From NCBI RefSeq assembly GCF_018350175.1, contig NC_058369.1, positions 10,232,001 through 10,296,000 of the forward strand: DNA of 64,000 nt, written 5' to 3'. This DNA is from Felis catus. Taxonomy: Eukaryota. This document shows positions 36,857 to 51,000 of this stretch, in pieces; the first letter of the stretch is position 1, and each line of letters starts with the position of its first letter. The position numbers and the translations under genes were made by a program. The notes under the pieces are model-generated. The model was not told where the DNA came from. It was given only the letters and a program-made list of their open reading frames with translations, and searched no databases.

Positions 36857-38799
36857 TATTTTTTTTATTGCTGTTTTTGCCATTGCAGATGAGAGCTCAA
36901 AGTAATGATCCCAGGCGTAACTGGAAAAACAGCTCTTGTGTCTTGTAAATGAGTCTGTTAATTCCCAGGAAGATCAGCGCCTCTCAGTCTTCTGAGCCCT
37001 TCACTGCCCGTTTCCTCTAGATGGGTACCTGGAGACAAGGAAGCCTCATCCTCTTGGGGTCCCCACTGCCCTTATGTAGGATCTTCCACCCCCCCCCCCC
37101 AAAAAAAAGGGTAGCTCTGTTGGTGCTCATTTTGCGAATAATCCTAGACCAACACAGTACCTTGCCTCAGGCAAGTTTTGCTTCCACTAACGCCACAGGA
37201 ATAAGCATGTGAAAGTTCTGGAAGGTAGAGTTCTGGTCAAACGGCAGTTGTTTAGAGCCAGAAAACGGCTGGAAGGCAAAAATTAAGGAGAAAGTAGACC
37301 CATGGTTAATGGTGTCTTAAGTGTGTGGGCTTTGGGCAGGGGTGGGGCTGAATCCTGGTTCTGCCACTCAGTACATAACTGTGTCACTGACCAGAGCAGC
37401 TTAACTACTTTGAGCCTTTCTGTGACTGTGACTGCTCATTGGGGACAAATGCAACCTGTGAAGGCAAAGGTCAGTATGAAAGAACATTAGGAAGTTGATG
37501 GAAATATATCATCAGAGGGTGCTACAGGTAGCCCTGGTTCATTCATTTTAACTGTTGTGCACAGTTCCATTTTATGAAAAAAAAAATCTACGTTGGTTTC
37601 CCAGTCCTTTCGTAAATCTCCAGATATCCTGTTGAGTGGAAAAAAGCAAGCTGCAAAAGATTCTATGTATTTCAAAAAGTACCAAATGAGAGAGATTTAT
37701 CTGTACTGCTTATGGATATGTACATAATAAGTGGATATGTTGTGATTAGAGGTTAGAAGTATGTGGGAATCACACAGAGGAACCGTTGCTTGGGGAGAGG
37801 GAGTGGGGAGAAAAGGGGTGTGGAAGGCTTTCAGCTATGTCTGTTTTATTAAAAAAAAAAAGGAATCTGATGTAAATAATTCTTAAATCTGGGAGGATCT
37901 GGGAGGTGGGATCTTGGGTGTCTGCTGGGTTTTTTTGTACTTTTTTCTTCTGAATTCTTGTGGCCTTTTGGAATAGGTGAGGGATATTTTGGGTTTCTCT
38001 GACTGTTGAGCCCGTTTTATGTGTGGGTCTCTGACTTTCGTACCTTAAATGTGGCGCCTGTTTGCAGAAAAGTGTTGGTGTTCTGAAATGGGGACTGCTT
38101 GACCTCTTCACTCTCACACCCTTCTGCATGCTGCATCGAAAGAAAAGGCCTTCCAAAAATGTCTTTGGGACTGGTTTTGCATTTGCAGACAGGCTGGGAT
38201 GCTGGTTGTGGTCCCCTCTTCTTGGGCCAGATAATCAATCCTGCTGGATTAATAGCAGGGACAGGTCACATTTATTGTATCCGAAAACCTGAGAGGTGGG
38301 TCCTCTTTGCTCACATTTGTGGATAAGGAACACGAGGCTCAGGTGAAGGAACTTGCCCAACTTACCCAAGGTCATGTTGTGGCAGAGAGGGGATCCAGAC
38401 TCAGGTCCGTCTGATTGCCCATCCGTAGAAGAGGAATGGGGGGGGGGGCACCAACAAGCACAGGTGATCTGGTGGGCACGAGTATTACTTCTACTTTGCA
38501 CATAAGGAAACTGAGGCTCAGAGAAGCAAATTAAGTTGCCGAAGGTCACAGAGTCAGGAAGCCGTGTAGCTGGGCTTGAGCCCTGGGTTTGCGCCTTTCC
38601 AGTTTCTGTCCCTGCTGATGCTTCCAAAGGCTGCTGGTGGCCAGGCTGTGCTGTGCCGCGCCGCGCCATTGTTCTGAGGACAAAGCGTCCCTGGAGGGAG
38701 AGTGGGAGAGGCTCTGTGGGTCGGTGTGGAGTGCTGGCCGAGAGTCTCTCTTGGCCCTAAAATCGGATGGGCTGTCCCTCGGAGTTCTAGAGGGGGGAG

Positions 38800-39150
38800 C
38801 CGGATTGGGATTGGCAGGCCGGGAAAGCCGCCGTGAGGTTTAAAGACCTTCCTTGTGTTGGTGTGCCTTGGCCCAAGAGCCTTGGGTCGGGTTGAGTGGG
38901 AAGGGCGGGGCTTAAGTCTGGGAGGTGGGGCCGAGGCGGGGAGGGCGGGGCCTAGGCAGGAGAGGTGGGGCCTAGGCGGGCGGGGCGGGGCCTAGACAGG
39001 GGAGGCGGGGCGGGGGCGGGGCTGAGGTTGGGAGGTGAGTGCAAGGATCGGAGTGGTGGGCGGGGTGGGCCTAGGTGAGCCTGGGTGGGACCCGGGAGCT
39101 CCTTCGGAGCCGCGCAGAGCCTCTTGAATAACCGGTTCCTGAGGAGAGGT
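38800..39150 (+). promoter_or_regulatory. Candidate internal promoter in TECR intron 1: two ATTGG, six 20-bp GC-box units, donors at 39034 and 39148
   Basis: Motifs read directly; function inferred. Confidence 0.5.
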
Positions 39151-42100
39151 AAGTGGCGACTGGACAGACAGCCCTGAGTGGGGACTGTGCTAGGAAGGGA
39201 CTCAGCCCTTGAGTTTGGTTGGCAGTCCGTGCGCTTTCACCGACAGATTTGGCCAGACCTTGGGCTGGGTGGCAGTGGCAGCAGAGGATGTTTTAATACC
39301 TGGGGACAGCCAAGGAATCCTCCTCCTCAGAACGCCTCTACCAGCTTGGTACTCACTCTGAGCGCTTTTAGCTGATAACTCATTTAATCCTGGTAACGAA
39401 CCCATGGGGTAGGGACCGTTCTTCTCTCTGTTTGACAGATGGGGAAACTGGGGCACAGAGGAGTGAAGCGACGGGCCCTTAGTCCCTCAGCGAGTGGCAG
39501 AGCCAGGATTCTGGTGGGCCACCGGGGGGGGGGGGGCTTCACTGTGGGTGGGCCCGGGCGGTTGTGCGTTGAGGGGGGGATGTCTTTGGAGGCACTGCCC
39601 TTGGGACAGACAGTTCTCCCTGCTTGAGCTTCGGTTTTCTCTCCCATGAATCCAGGGTAAGGACACCTGTCTCGGAGGGCCGCTGGGGAGTGTGACATGT
39701 CCAGCACACTTACTGGCCCGCAGTCGGGGTATAGAGCGTTAGGTGGTTCAGGACAAATCATTGGACGGATCGGGAGAGCCGCATCGGTCAGGTCTCGGAA
39801 ATGCTTTGTGCACGTGGCCTCTCTTGAAAGCCTTACAACTTGCCAGTGAACCGGGCCATGGAGGCCTCCTGCTGGAGATGGGTTCATGCTAAATGGTATG
39901 CCCAGAAGAGGGAGGAAGCAGCCGGTGGTCAGTCTTGATACACTGTCACACACGGTGGAGGTCACATTTGGGGACGACCTCTTTCCCTGGGCCAAGTGGA
40001 AGCACAGTCAGAACCCACTTTTCGGACTTAGTGGGACAGAGAGCTGTCCCAGGAAGTGGGTGCTTCGGGTGGGTCTGTCCATCTGATGGCCGTCGAACCT
40101 GCTCCCTCGGAAGCCGGGCAGCTTCTGGCATGTTCCGTACCCTGCAGCGGCTGCAGGGGCTTCTCCCGTGTAAATGGGAGGATCTTAGCACCCGGGCCTC
40201 AGAACCGTCTCTCAGGCTCCTCGTCGTCCTCTGTCCCCTGCCTTCCTCACCCTCTACACTTCTGTCTTTCGTCTCCTCAAACACCCGCAGCCCCATTCCA
40301 GCCCTGAGCATCTGCCTGTTTCCTCAGCCAGAAGGCTCTTCCTCTGTGTTTCCCCGGCCGCTACTTACTGAGAGCTCAGCTTCCACGTCCTGCAGAGAGA
40401 GGCCTTCCTGGACCATCTTACCTGGAGGATGACCCCCGCCCCACCCCCTGGCACCCTGCTCCCGTCCGTCGGGCCCACCTTGGGCCGTGGTTGCATTTTC
40501 ACTTGGGTTCTACACGGTCAGACTGTGAGCTTGGTGACGGCAGGGAGGGACTCTGTGTCTTGTCCCTGCAGCTTCCCCGGCGCCTGGCCGGCGCCTCCTT
40601 ACTGACTGACGAGATGCACGAATGCGTCTTCTCCTGGTGGTCAGGCTCCTGGGGCGCAGAGGGGCGAGTGTGGGGCTGCTGCAGGGATCTGGCTGAGAAC
40701 TGCATCTCCCGCGTTGGGCCGAGTCAGTCCTTACTGATCGTGACCCAGGGAAGCTGGCTTCTTACGGCCCGTTGTCCGCGAGCCCCGGGTCCAGCGCCAC
40801 CGCGGCCAGCCAGCCTGTTCCGCATCATCCTCTCCTCCCCATGCTTGGGCCTCACCACGAGCTGCCAGCTCCGCGCCTGGGCCTGTCCCCGGCCACACGG
40901 GATGCTTGCGGGTCGTCCTGGTCTGAGCGGTCTCCTGTCGTGGGCCTCCACTTATCTGTTTCCTTCTGCCATTTATTCATTCGTTCATTCGCTCCAGTGC
41001 ATTTCTCTGTGCCTGTCACTCTCCAGGAAGACGGACTAACCGCAGCCTCTGCCCTCCAGGTCTTTTCACCGAGCTGAGCCGAGGCCCCAAGGGGAATGTT
41101 TTCAGGGAAGGGGAGGGGACAGCATGTGCAGAGGCCGGGAAGCCTGACTCTGTGGATGGCCCATGTCGAGTGATGAGGCCGACTGGCCAGAGACCTGTGG
41201 ACTTTATCCTGAGGGTGATGAAGTCCCTTCTCTGTTGATTTTGCCTAAAAGGTCAACTTTAAGAGGGCGGTTTATTTTTTAAGTCCTGGGAGGGGGGGAG
41301 GGGTCCTCGCGTTCTGCTGTGTGTTGCATAAATGGGCAGAGTAGTTGTTCCTTATTACTGACTGGCGGGTGTGGATGGTGTTTGGGCCCCCCCGCTCCCC
41401 CGACCGCCACCGCCCCGCCAGTCTCGTGGTTAGTTAGAGATGGGCCACGAGCCTTTCCCAGCTCTCTGAGGGATAAAGAGCCTCTCAGTAGGTCACGGTG
41501 ACTGGCAGGCTGGCACGGCCCTGGCCCTGTCCCTGCTCGAACCAGGCTCTTATGTAAGCAGAGTCCCCAGGCCATTCAGTTGGCCCCATAGACTGCAGGG
41601 TTTGTGCCATTGTCCGGGTCCTTCTGAACTCTGTTTTTCCTTTTTAAAGGGACCAGGGAGCACTGGCCGGGGCCATGCCAATTTTGTGGTGGGGCCCGTG
41701 GGAACAGTGCCTGTCCTCAGGGTGAGGGCGGGCCGGCCGAGTTTGGGGGAGGGCGGTTTCGCACTGGGGCATCCTGGAACATCAGGAGGCAGGTCACAGA
41801 CCCGGAGTCTCCACTCTTGTCGGGGGAAGCTGTTCCCCAGGACCCCTCAAGAGTCTGACTCAGGAGAAGGGTGGGTCAGTGGGAGGAGGGAAGGTTGGGG
41901 AAACATACTCTTTGTGGGGAGTGAGGGGAGTATCAGAATTCTTGGGGAGATACGTGTAGTCCGAAACAGTATGTTGTGGAATATTATTTCCACCAGAGAA
42001 TAAAGTCTAACAGAATCTCCTGGCTGGGGATGGGGATCCATCCACCATCCACCATCCACCATCCACCCCAGGGCTGGGTTGAGTCGTGCAACCCCTGTGC

Positions 42101-44332
42101 TAAATACCAGTGTTTCAGGAGAGATGGCTTTGCCCTTCCTGTCTGGGAATCCCGTCATTCAGGGCTCAGCATGAATGTCACCTCCTCTTGAGAGGTTCCC
42201 CCCACCCTGATCCACTCAGGCCACACTCGCCACCTGTCGCCTCTCCTGTTTTAGTTCTCTGCACAGCACTTAGCACCTTCTGATAGTTTGTGTGTTTGAG
42301 CTCCTCGCTCGCTGTAAGCCCTGGCCCCTGGCGGAACAGGCGATCATGTGCACATCTGTTAGAGACACCGGCTTGCAGAGCAAGGCACTGGGCACGCTCA
42401 GGCAGTTAGCCGCATCGCTGATGCCCCCCCCCCCCCCCCAAAGACACTGAAGTCGGATGAGGAGGAAGGACCCTCACATGGTTGTGGGGTACACGGCTGC
42501 CCCTCGGGCTGGCAGTCCTGACCCTGAGCTCCTGCCTTTCCGTCATGAAGCTGGTCACGGCTCATCTTTTGGCACTTTGGAGTTTGGCCCTCCCCCTCCC
42601 CCCCACTTTTTGACCCAAAAGTTACCCGAACTCTGAGTTTTCATGTGCGGATGAGGTGGGGATGCCGTGGGTAGTGCTAAGCCACGATCACCAGACCCTA
42701 AGAATGTTTCCTGCCAGGCCCCTCCAGGCGCGGTCTGAGGAGTGGGCCTGGGAACTGCATCTTCTGCCACATTCCGGCTCACCTGGGGTGTCGTGGACGC
42801 CGCATGGAAGTGAACTCATTGCCAGCCTCCCCGGCTGGGCCTGGGAACGAGCATCATGGGGAGAGAAGGCACGGGGAAGCACGTGCATATAAAACTCTCG
42901 GTTCCTTTTCCCTCGCTTCATTTTGCTGTCGGCCAGAGGGGCTGAGCGGAGCCAGAGGGGCCTGCGGGGCTCAGGGTGCTGCTCACAGGTAATGCTGCAG
43001 GTGGGAAGACAGCCAAGGGCATCTTCCTGGACCCCTCTGTCAACGGCGAGAGCCACCTCTTAATTCACCTCTCCCTTTAAAGATGCAGGGAGGCCTGTTA
43101 AACCTTCCAGAAGCCCTGCCCTCCTCTGCCGAAATCCTCTTAACTTGTTAGTGTTCTCCTTCTATCCCAGAATGCAGTTTTCACCTTAAGTTGGGCTGTG
43201 TCTTATGATTGATATATATACATGTCATGTTTATATAGAAAGTTCTCCACTCCCCGACCCCCCACCCCCCAAATTGGCAGCTTGGTCTCAATCAGTGGTG
43301 TCTCAGGATCCAGGAACTAGAGTGTCTTTTTTACCACTTGTCACCTCTGCCCTAGTCCAAGCCCCACTGAGGTCTCTGGCCTGGGTTGTTTCTGAGATTC
43401 ACTGCTGTGTCTGCTTCCATGCTTGCTCCCAGCAGTGGCAGCGGGAGGGCTCTTTCTCAAAACCAAAGCAGGTGGTGGCACTCCAGCGACTTCCCAAAGT
43501 GCTGGTCTGGGCCTCCGTGCACTCGAGCCTCCTCAGCTGCTCAAGTCCATTCTGTTCCCGCTGGATGTTCCAGAGCACTGCCAAACTCACTGCTGCCTCA
43601 GGGCCTTTGCACTTCCCACAGGGAGCCTCAGGCCGGTCCTCCCTTTGGCTTCTTTCTGGCTATGGCTCAGATAATACTTCCTTAGAGTGGCTTTCCCTGA
43701 CCACTTCCTCTGGTGCTCTGGGTCCCCTGCCAGGCTCTCTTCACAGCACCTGGTATGTCCCAACCTCATGTTACGTGATAGGTGCTTTGCCCACGTTCCC
43801 CTTGAGTGTGAACAGGACCAGTCGAGGAGCATGGCGTCTCTCAGCTGTGCTCACCATTCTGTCCCAGCACTGGGAACACTGCCCAGCACACTACTGTCAC
43901 ACATAGGTCTCTCTATTCATCAAGCCCAGCCCCTAGCAAGGGCCCAGCACGTCGAGGGGCTCGGTAAGCACTTCCCGAGAGAATGAACGGGAACTTCTCA
44001 GTCAGCAGAACAGGCTTGTGAAGGTTCCACGTCGCCCCCGGCCCCCCCCACCTTATGTGGTCTCTCAGTGAGCTGGAGCTCTCCGTGGGGCCGTTTAATG
44101 GGCATTTCAGACTTAATAATGTCCCGACCTGAGCCCCAGACTGCCCTCAAACTGCGTGTCCCCCCTCCAGTTAACGGCGCTTCCCGCCTTCTCATCGCCC
44201 AGCCCCGAGGCTCTGGCTCTGCTTGTTCTCCCGCGTCTCGTGTCCAAGTCAGCGAACCCTGCAGCTCAGCCTTCACTGTACAGCTGGAATGCGGCCACTT
44301 GTCATCAGCCCCCCACCATCACCGGGCCCAGG

Positions 44333-44677
44333 CCAGGGGTCGGCAGCCTTTATCCGTGAGGGGCCAGACGGGAAATACTGTGGGCTTGGTGGGCCATACA
44401 GCCCCTGTGACATCTTCTCAACTCGATAGTTGTAAAACAAACAAACAAACAAACAAAGCAGCCAGATGATACATTAACAATCAGTGAGCCATGGCCTTGT
44501 TCCTGTGATACAGCTTTGTGGATCCTGAAGTTTGAATTTCACGTCATGTCCTTGTGCTGCGCAATAGGCTTCTGATTTTTTTCCCAACCATTTAAAAGTA
44601 TAAGGACGATTTTAGTTTGTACAGAAACAGGCGGTGGACCGGAATTGGCCTCTGGGCCATAGTTGGCCGACCCTTTG
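44333..44677. mobile_element. MER58-like hAT DNA transposon
   Basis: Terminal inverted repeats caggggtcggca...tggccgacccttt; internal gggccagac...gggccatacag. Confidence 0.75.
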
Positions 44678-44848
44678 GTCTCAGACATCTTTTATCCTGA
44701 CAGAATTATCCCCATAGCTTTTTACTCGGCTCCCTGCTTCCACCCTTTCTCCCCTGTAGTCCAGATGGATCCTTTAGGAACTTGTCAGGTCATATCCCTG
44801 CTCTGCCCAGAATCCTCCAGGGTTCTTACCTCACTTGGAATAGAAGCC

Positions 44849-45054
44849 GGGGCGCCTGGGTGGCTCCGTCAGTTGAGCGTCCGACTTCAGCTCAGGTCAC
44901 GATGTCACGGTCAGTGTTTGAGCCCCGCGTCGGGCTCTGTGCTGAAAGCTCGGAGCCTGGAGCCTGCTTCGGATTCTGTGTCTCCCTCTCTCCCTGCCCC
45001 TCCCCTGCTCACACTCTGTCTTTCTCTCTCTCAAAAATAAACGTTAAAAAAAAA
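44849..45054 (+). mobile_element. Felid CAN-SINE
   Basis: TSD ggaatagaagcc at 44837 and 45063. Confidence 0.9.
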
Positions 45055-48000
45055 GGGGGGGGGGAATAGAAGCCATAGTCTTCATCTGGAGGGTGAGACC
45101 CTGCACAACCTGTTACCTCCCCCCAGCCCCCTTCTTGCTCACTCTCTCCAGCCACACAGTCCTCTGCACTGTTGCTTGAACACACCAAGAATGCTGAACC
45201 TCAGGGCCTTTGCACAGGCCATTTCTCTGCCTGGATGCTTTCCCCAGATTTCTCAACAGCTCTTTCCTCCCCTGCATTCAGGGCTTGTCCCAAGGTCTCC
45301 TCCGGAGGCCTTTCTTGACCAGTTTGTGTAAAACTGCACACCCCCTCTTCACCTTCCACTCCCTGTCCCCTTTCCCTGCTCTGCTTTTCCTACGGCACAT
45401 GACATCTTCTAATGTTATGTGCAACTTTATTTGATGGTCGTTGTCCCCCCCCTGCTAAAATGTCAGCTGCACATGGGCAAAGATTTCTGTCTCTCTTTCC
45501 ACAGCTGAATTCCCAGAGCCTTTAACAGTGCCTGCATGTAGCAGTTAGTAGATGTTCAATCAGTATTTATGTGGTGAACGAATGAGCCTCAGTTTCCTCA
45601 TCTGTAAAAGGGGATTAATAGCAAAAGGTAATTTGTGTTGAGAATGTGCCTCTGTGTCTGGCACCTTGTGAGCATGTGGGAGGTGTTAGCTGTTGCTGTG
45701 TATGAAGCTGGCCATGGGGGTCCCAGAGCGGGCGATTCCGGAAGTTTCTGGGGTGAACTAACCTGCCTGCCGCACTGGGCCAGATGTGCTGGACGCAGGT
45801 GGGGGGTCATCCTGGATGGGCTCCTCCTGCTGCTGCCATCAGCCTGTGTTTGCAGGGCTCAGTGTCTCCTGCCTCTTTCAGCTTCTTGGCCTGATGGCAC
45901 CTTCCTGCTCAGAGATGCAGAGACCAGACACAGTCACTACCCTTGATCTGGCCAGGGGGTCCCGGGGTGCAGATCTGGGCCGTCCCCCAAGGGTCTGGGG
46001 CCGGGGACAGCCCTGGAGGAAGAGCATTCAGTTCTAAGGAGCAAATATAGACGGGGTCTTGCCACTGGAGCTCATAGCCGGGTACTGTTGGGCTGGTGAC
46101 TTGTGTTCCTCAGCCTCAGCCTCCTTGTCTGTAAAATGGGGTAACAGTGCCAATCTGGTAGGATCAGTGTGAGCTGGTGGTGGCTGGGTACTCAGGACTC
46201 ACACCCTGCAGGGGGCAGGGCAAGGAAGGGGTGGGTTGCACCTGCAGGGAATGGTTGAGGCCCCACTGGGAGGGGTTTTGGGCTTCCAGAGGAGGCAGCC
46301 TGGGTCGAGGTGGCTGTTCCCATCTGTCACCTGGGAGCTTTTGAAGCTGTGGGCGCCGGCTCCCCCTTCAGAGACCCCGGTCCCCCGCCTAGGCTGTCCA
46401 GTCCAGGGCTCTTCAGCAGAGTCACATGAGCAGGCAGGGTTCGGGACCACGGGTGGGACTTCTGCCACGTGTGCTACGAGAACCCTGTCTGTTAGGTCTT
46501 CTTTCAAACGTTCCCATCGACCAGAGGGAGGCGCTGAGGCTCAGGCTGGGAGGCTGGGCTGACTCTGGCCTCTGCTGAGGCACTGCCGTGGGGACTCCCT
46601 CCACCCCTCCCCCTGGAGCCTGACAGGAAACCGTGCAGGAAGCGTTAAGACAGCCGCCGAGCCTGCCTGGACACCTCTGTGTGGTGTCAGGAGGTGACGG
46701 GTCTTTCTCCCTTGGGATCCTGAGTGTGCTGGGGCCACGGGAGCCTGAGGCCTGCGAGGAGCGGGCTCAGTCCCTGGGCTCCCTGGTAGTGACATGTTCT
46801 GCAGAGTCTGGACCTTCCAAGACGAGTGTGCTGGAGTTGGAGCATCGGGAGGGAAGGGGGTACCTTCCAGATGATCAGATCCCGGGGCCCCTCCCACCTT
46901 TTTTCCCCGTCGGCATCTAACCCCACTCTTCGGAGCGGTGGTGGTGGTGTGGCGGGGGCTGTGGGCCCAAGCGGGTGCGTCGGCGCTGGCCGCGGCACTT
47001 CCTGGCTGTGTGCCCTGGGCGAGGGCCCCCTCGTTTCTGAGCTGCATAACTGGGGTCACAGTCCGTAGCTTACAGGCCCCGGTGAGGCTAGGTGAGTTAG
47101 GCAGGCGAAGGTCTCAGCACGGCCCTTGGCACGAGGTAAGCATCCGACAGATGTTTCTTGGGGAGGCGCTTCCCAGTGGCACAGGCCCCAGGGGCAGCCC
47201 TGCTCTGGGTGGGACAGCGCCCTCTGGAGTCCCGGAAGGTGCAGCCTGTGCCAGCGCAGGGAGGTGCGGGGGCTGCGGGTGCCAGTGGGCAGCTGGTCAA
47301 CGGGCCCGAGACCCAGAGTCCCCGCTGTGTTGGTTCGGTGTCCCCTTCAGGTTGTGCTCTGTGTGGTTGCTGCCACCAACCTGGGGTCACCCGAGCACCT
47401 GAAGAATGTTCTCCAGGACGCCCCTGGGGTGTATGGGGCTCCTCCAGCGTCTCCTGGCCCCCATCCCAGAGCCCAGGGACATTGGCATTCAGACCCTGGC
47501 TCTTGTTGTCTGGCCAGCGGGGGCAGGAGGTGGGAACTGGCTGGTTGAGGGCCTGGGAGTGGGTGGTCAGCGTCTCCCCGCCCTTGCCAGCCTTGGTGAC
47601 GTTCTGCCCCCATGGTGGCACGTCGGGGAGGCTGGTGCAAGCGCGCTGGGCACCTCAGAGAAATGGGGTCACGAGCTGAGGCCACTGGGGAAGGAGGTAT
47701 TTCTGGCGGAGCAGGTGCGGCCTGTGCTGGCCTCCTGGCAGCTGAGCCCAAGGTCTTTTCAGCCACCCTGGCGCGAGCGGTGTGACTTCGATATTTCTGG
47801 AAAGTGGAAGGGAAAGGGAGCTGCAAGTGCTGAGTCGCCGAGTCCAGGCGAACGTGCCCGAGCCTCTGCATCTGTGAAGCGGGTGAGCCGGCCGGGTGCT
47901 GTGCCGCTCGCGGCCAGGCCTCCCTCCTCTGGGTGCGGCAGCTCTTATGGCCCCGAGCGGCGGCCCGTGGGGGCCGCGAGGGCCTGGGCCAGCCGGCGGA

Positions 48001-51000
48001 AGGACCTGTCAAGGTCTTTGCATCTTTGTCTGGAGTCCCAGGTTGCCCTGAGCAGGGCTTGCACCCACAGCGGGCCTCTCGTGCCCCAGGCCCAGGAGAA
48101 GACGTCACCACCAGGGCGCACACGTCCCTCACAAGGTGGCCTAGTTGCAGGGCCCTTTCCTGGCCGGCAGACCCACGTGGGGTCTCAGAGAGCCCGCCGG
48201 AGGCTGGGTGTGCTGCTTGTGCGGTCTCTGTGCGGGGCCTCCACCGAGCCTGCGAGCCTGCGCCGGCTGGGGGTGTGGCCCCAGAGGCCTGTGTGGGCGG
48301 GGCGGGGGGTGGGGTGCTGGCGTTTCTCAGCACACGCGAGCGCGCGTCTGGGCTCAGGTGTTTGCTGTGTGACCCGGGAGCGTCCCTCACCCTTTGGAAC
48401 ATGGCTTCCTTATCTGAGAAGTGGAGCCAAGAGCTCCTGCCCTCTCGGCTGCTGGGCAGGTGAAAGGGGAGGACGAGGAGAGGGGCCTGGGAAGCCGCCG
48501 CAGCTCCAGGCCTGCTGTTTTCCACGCGTGCCCATTGGGCGGGTCCGCCTGAGGATGCACAGAGGTTCCAGGGGCATCGTCGGGAGCTGGTGAGGGTGAC
48601 CTGGAATCCGGGCCGACCCTCGGGCCTGTGCCTACCCCTTGTCCCAAGGGGCCCTGGGATGTGGACTCCGCCACGAGGCCACGGAGTCTTGTTGGCAGAT
48701 GGGAGGGGCCTGGAGAGCACTGGGCCCGGCGGTGTTTATAAGGTTGGGGGGACACTGAGGCTCGAGAGGGGCCCGGGCCCCCGGCTTGCAGGCCTCGTGG
48801 GCGCTGGTGCCCGGGCCCCTGTGTGCCGCGCCCGCCTGGCAGCTCCTGCAGGTGCAGCAGATGCAAGCGTGGCTCTTCACACCTGGGCTCAGGTGGCGCC
48901 TACTCCTCCTGCCACCTTTTTTCTGGCGCTCCTTCCTCCTGGGGCTCAGGTCGGAACCCCCCGGGCCCCCCAGACCATCATCAGCAGATCCCGTGGTCCT
49001 GCCCTTAGTCTGTCCAGAATGCCACCACTTTCCACTCCTCCGTGGCCACCTCCCTGTTCCGTCCGCATCGTTGCCCTGGTCTCCCAGTTCCCAGGGGAAC
49101 CTGCCCACTTCCCTCGGGGTAAGAGCCAGAGCCCTCACCTGTGCCATCTGCCCGCTCTGTGCTGGCCACCTGGGCCTTCTGCTCCTCAGAGCCCCTGAGC
49201 GCATCCAGCGACAGGGCCCTTGTACTTGGCCTTCCCTCTGCCTCGTGTGCACGCTTGTTGCCTGGCGTCTCACTGGCCTTTGCCCGGATGCCCCCCCCCC
49301 CCCCCCCCCCCCCCCGCTCAGGGAGGCTTTCCCTGACCGCTGTCCCGAAAATGGCCTTCCTCCCCACCCCGGACTCCCCCGCCCAGTTCTGTTTTTCTCC
49401 ACGACGCTTGGTGACAGACGGGTCGCTGTTGTCCCCCGCCTCGCCCCCGCCCCCCTCCCCCACAGCACGCACAGGGTGGGGTGCGGTCCTGTGAAGGCTG
49501 GGATGGGTCTTGTTCACTGCAGTGCCTGAGATGGGGGAGGAGGGGAGGCGGGAGCGGGCGAGGGGCCGAAAGAGGGAACGTGGGGCAGTGGCTCCCGAGG
49601 CCTCTTGGCTGGTAAGTGGCGGAGCCCGAGCCAGTAGTCGCTCTTGGTCCTGCACTGGCGTTTTCTGCCTGACAGGGGTCTTCGTCCTCCCGCAGTTGGG
49701 AGTGGAGTCCACGGCCACAAGGGGGCAGTGGAGCGCAGGGCAGCCGCCGAGGCCTGGCAGCGAACCGTAGTAGGGACTTCGCTGCAGCCCCGCCCCTCCC
49801 ACCCACACGTGTCTTGCTATTGTTAGGGTTCGGGCGCATTGTCACCGGCTGGATGGAGCGTTACCACATCACCTCCCTGACCTTGGTGTCTTCATGGCCA
49901 GGATTTGGGGAGAAAGGGCCTGGCTGTACTGCCAGTACTGTTTTGCCAGTGTTGGTCTGATGATAGTTAACTCCATGCAGGATCTCTTCTAGGCTGGGTG
50001 TGTTTATCTCCTGTTTTTGGGTGTCCTTATCTCTGTAAATCTTCCGGTAATTCTGCGAGATGGCAGGTGGGGGCAGCCCACATTATAGATGAGAAAATGG
50101 AGGCTCAAGAGAGGTTGAGTTACTTGTCCAGGGCCACACAGCCAGGAAGTAGGTGAGTCTTCTTGACCTTAGAGCCTAGGTAATGTGCACACAGCCGAGG
50201 AGGCCCTTGAGCCCTCCTTGTGTGGGGACCACGGGGCCTGTGGTAGTGCCTCTGACGGCCCAGGCTCCATAGAGCCGGCCAGCATGGAGCCCCTCTTCTG
50301 TGTTGGGCTTTTGCTGGTGCAGAAAGTCAACAAGGTTTCCCTGGAGTTGGGAGCTGGCTTGGTCACTGGCCCTTTCCCCCAGCGAGTGGTGCTCCAGAGC
50401 CTGGGAGGAGGGTCTGGCTGCCAGAATGCTGGGCCCCACAGCGTCACAGGAGCCTCACAGAGGCTTCCCTAGCACTAGGTCCCTGGCCCAGGGTATGGAG
50501 AACTCCAGGCAGCAGCTTCCACCCTGCCGCCACCCTGGGGTTGGGCGAGGTGGGCAGGGCCCCCTGGGGTGTGGTGAAGGGAAAGGCCCGGGCTCAGAGG
50601 CCGGTGGTGGGGCCTTAGGCAAGCCCAGGTGCCTCATGCAGGTGCTTACGGAGCACAGCTCCTTGTTGGGGAGGTCTGTGTGCTGGGAAATGGTCAAGAA
50701 CGGGGCAGTCCTTGTCCTTGGGAGCTGGTATCTGGGAGTTGCTATTTTAAGTCGGGAAGGACCTCACCGAGCATTTGTCTGAAGACCCAAGGAGGTGAAG
50801 GGAGGAGCCCTGAGGGGTCTGGGGGAGAGTGGTCCAGGTAGTGGGAACAGCATGTGCAAAGGCCCTGAGCCTCTCCTACAGATGCATAACTGCCCTGCTT
50901 TCCCACTGCTCTGGTGTTTCTCATCTACTAGGTGGGGTTCACCCCTGGAGCCTTGCTCTGGGCGCCGACACTAGCTCAGAACGGTGCTCAGAAAACAGCA

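Noticed and set aside
47347..48720. Long overlapping ORFs (457 aa minus, 395 aa plus) in TECR intron 1
   Set aside because: GC-rich, Pro/Ala/Arg/Gly-biased, open on both strands, partly MIR-like and with no recognisable domain; expected by chance at this GC content.
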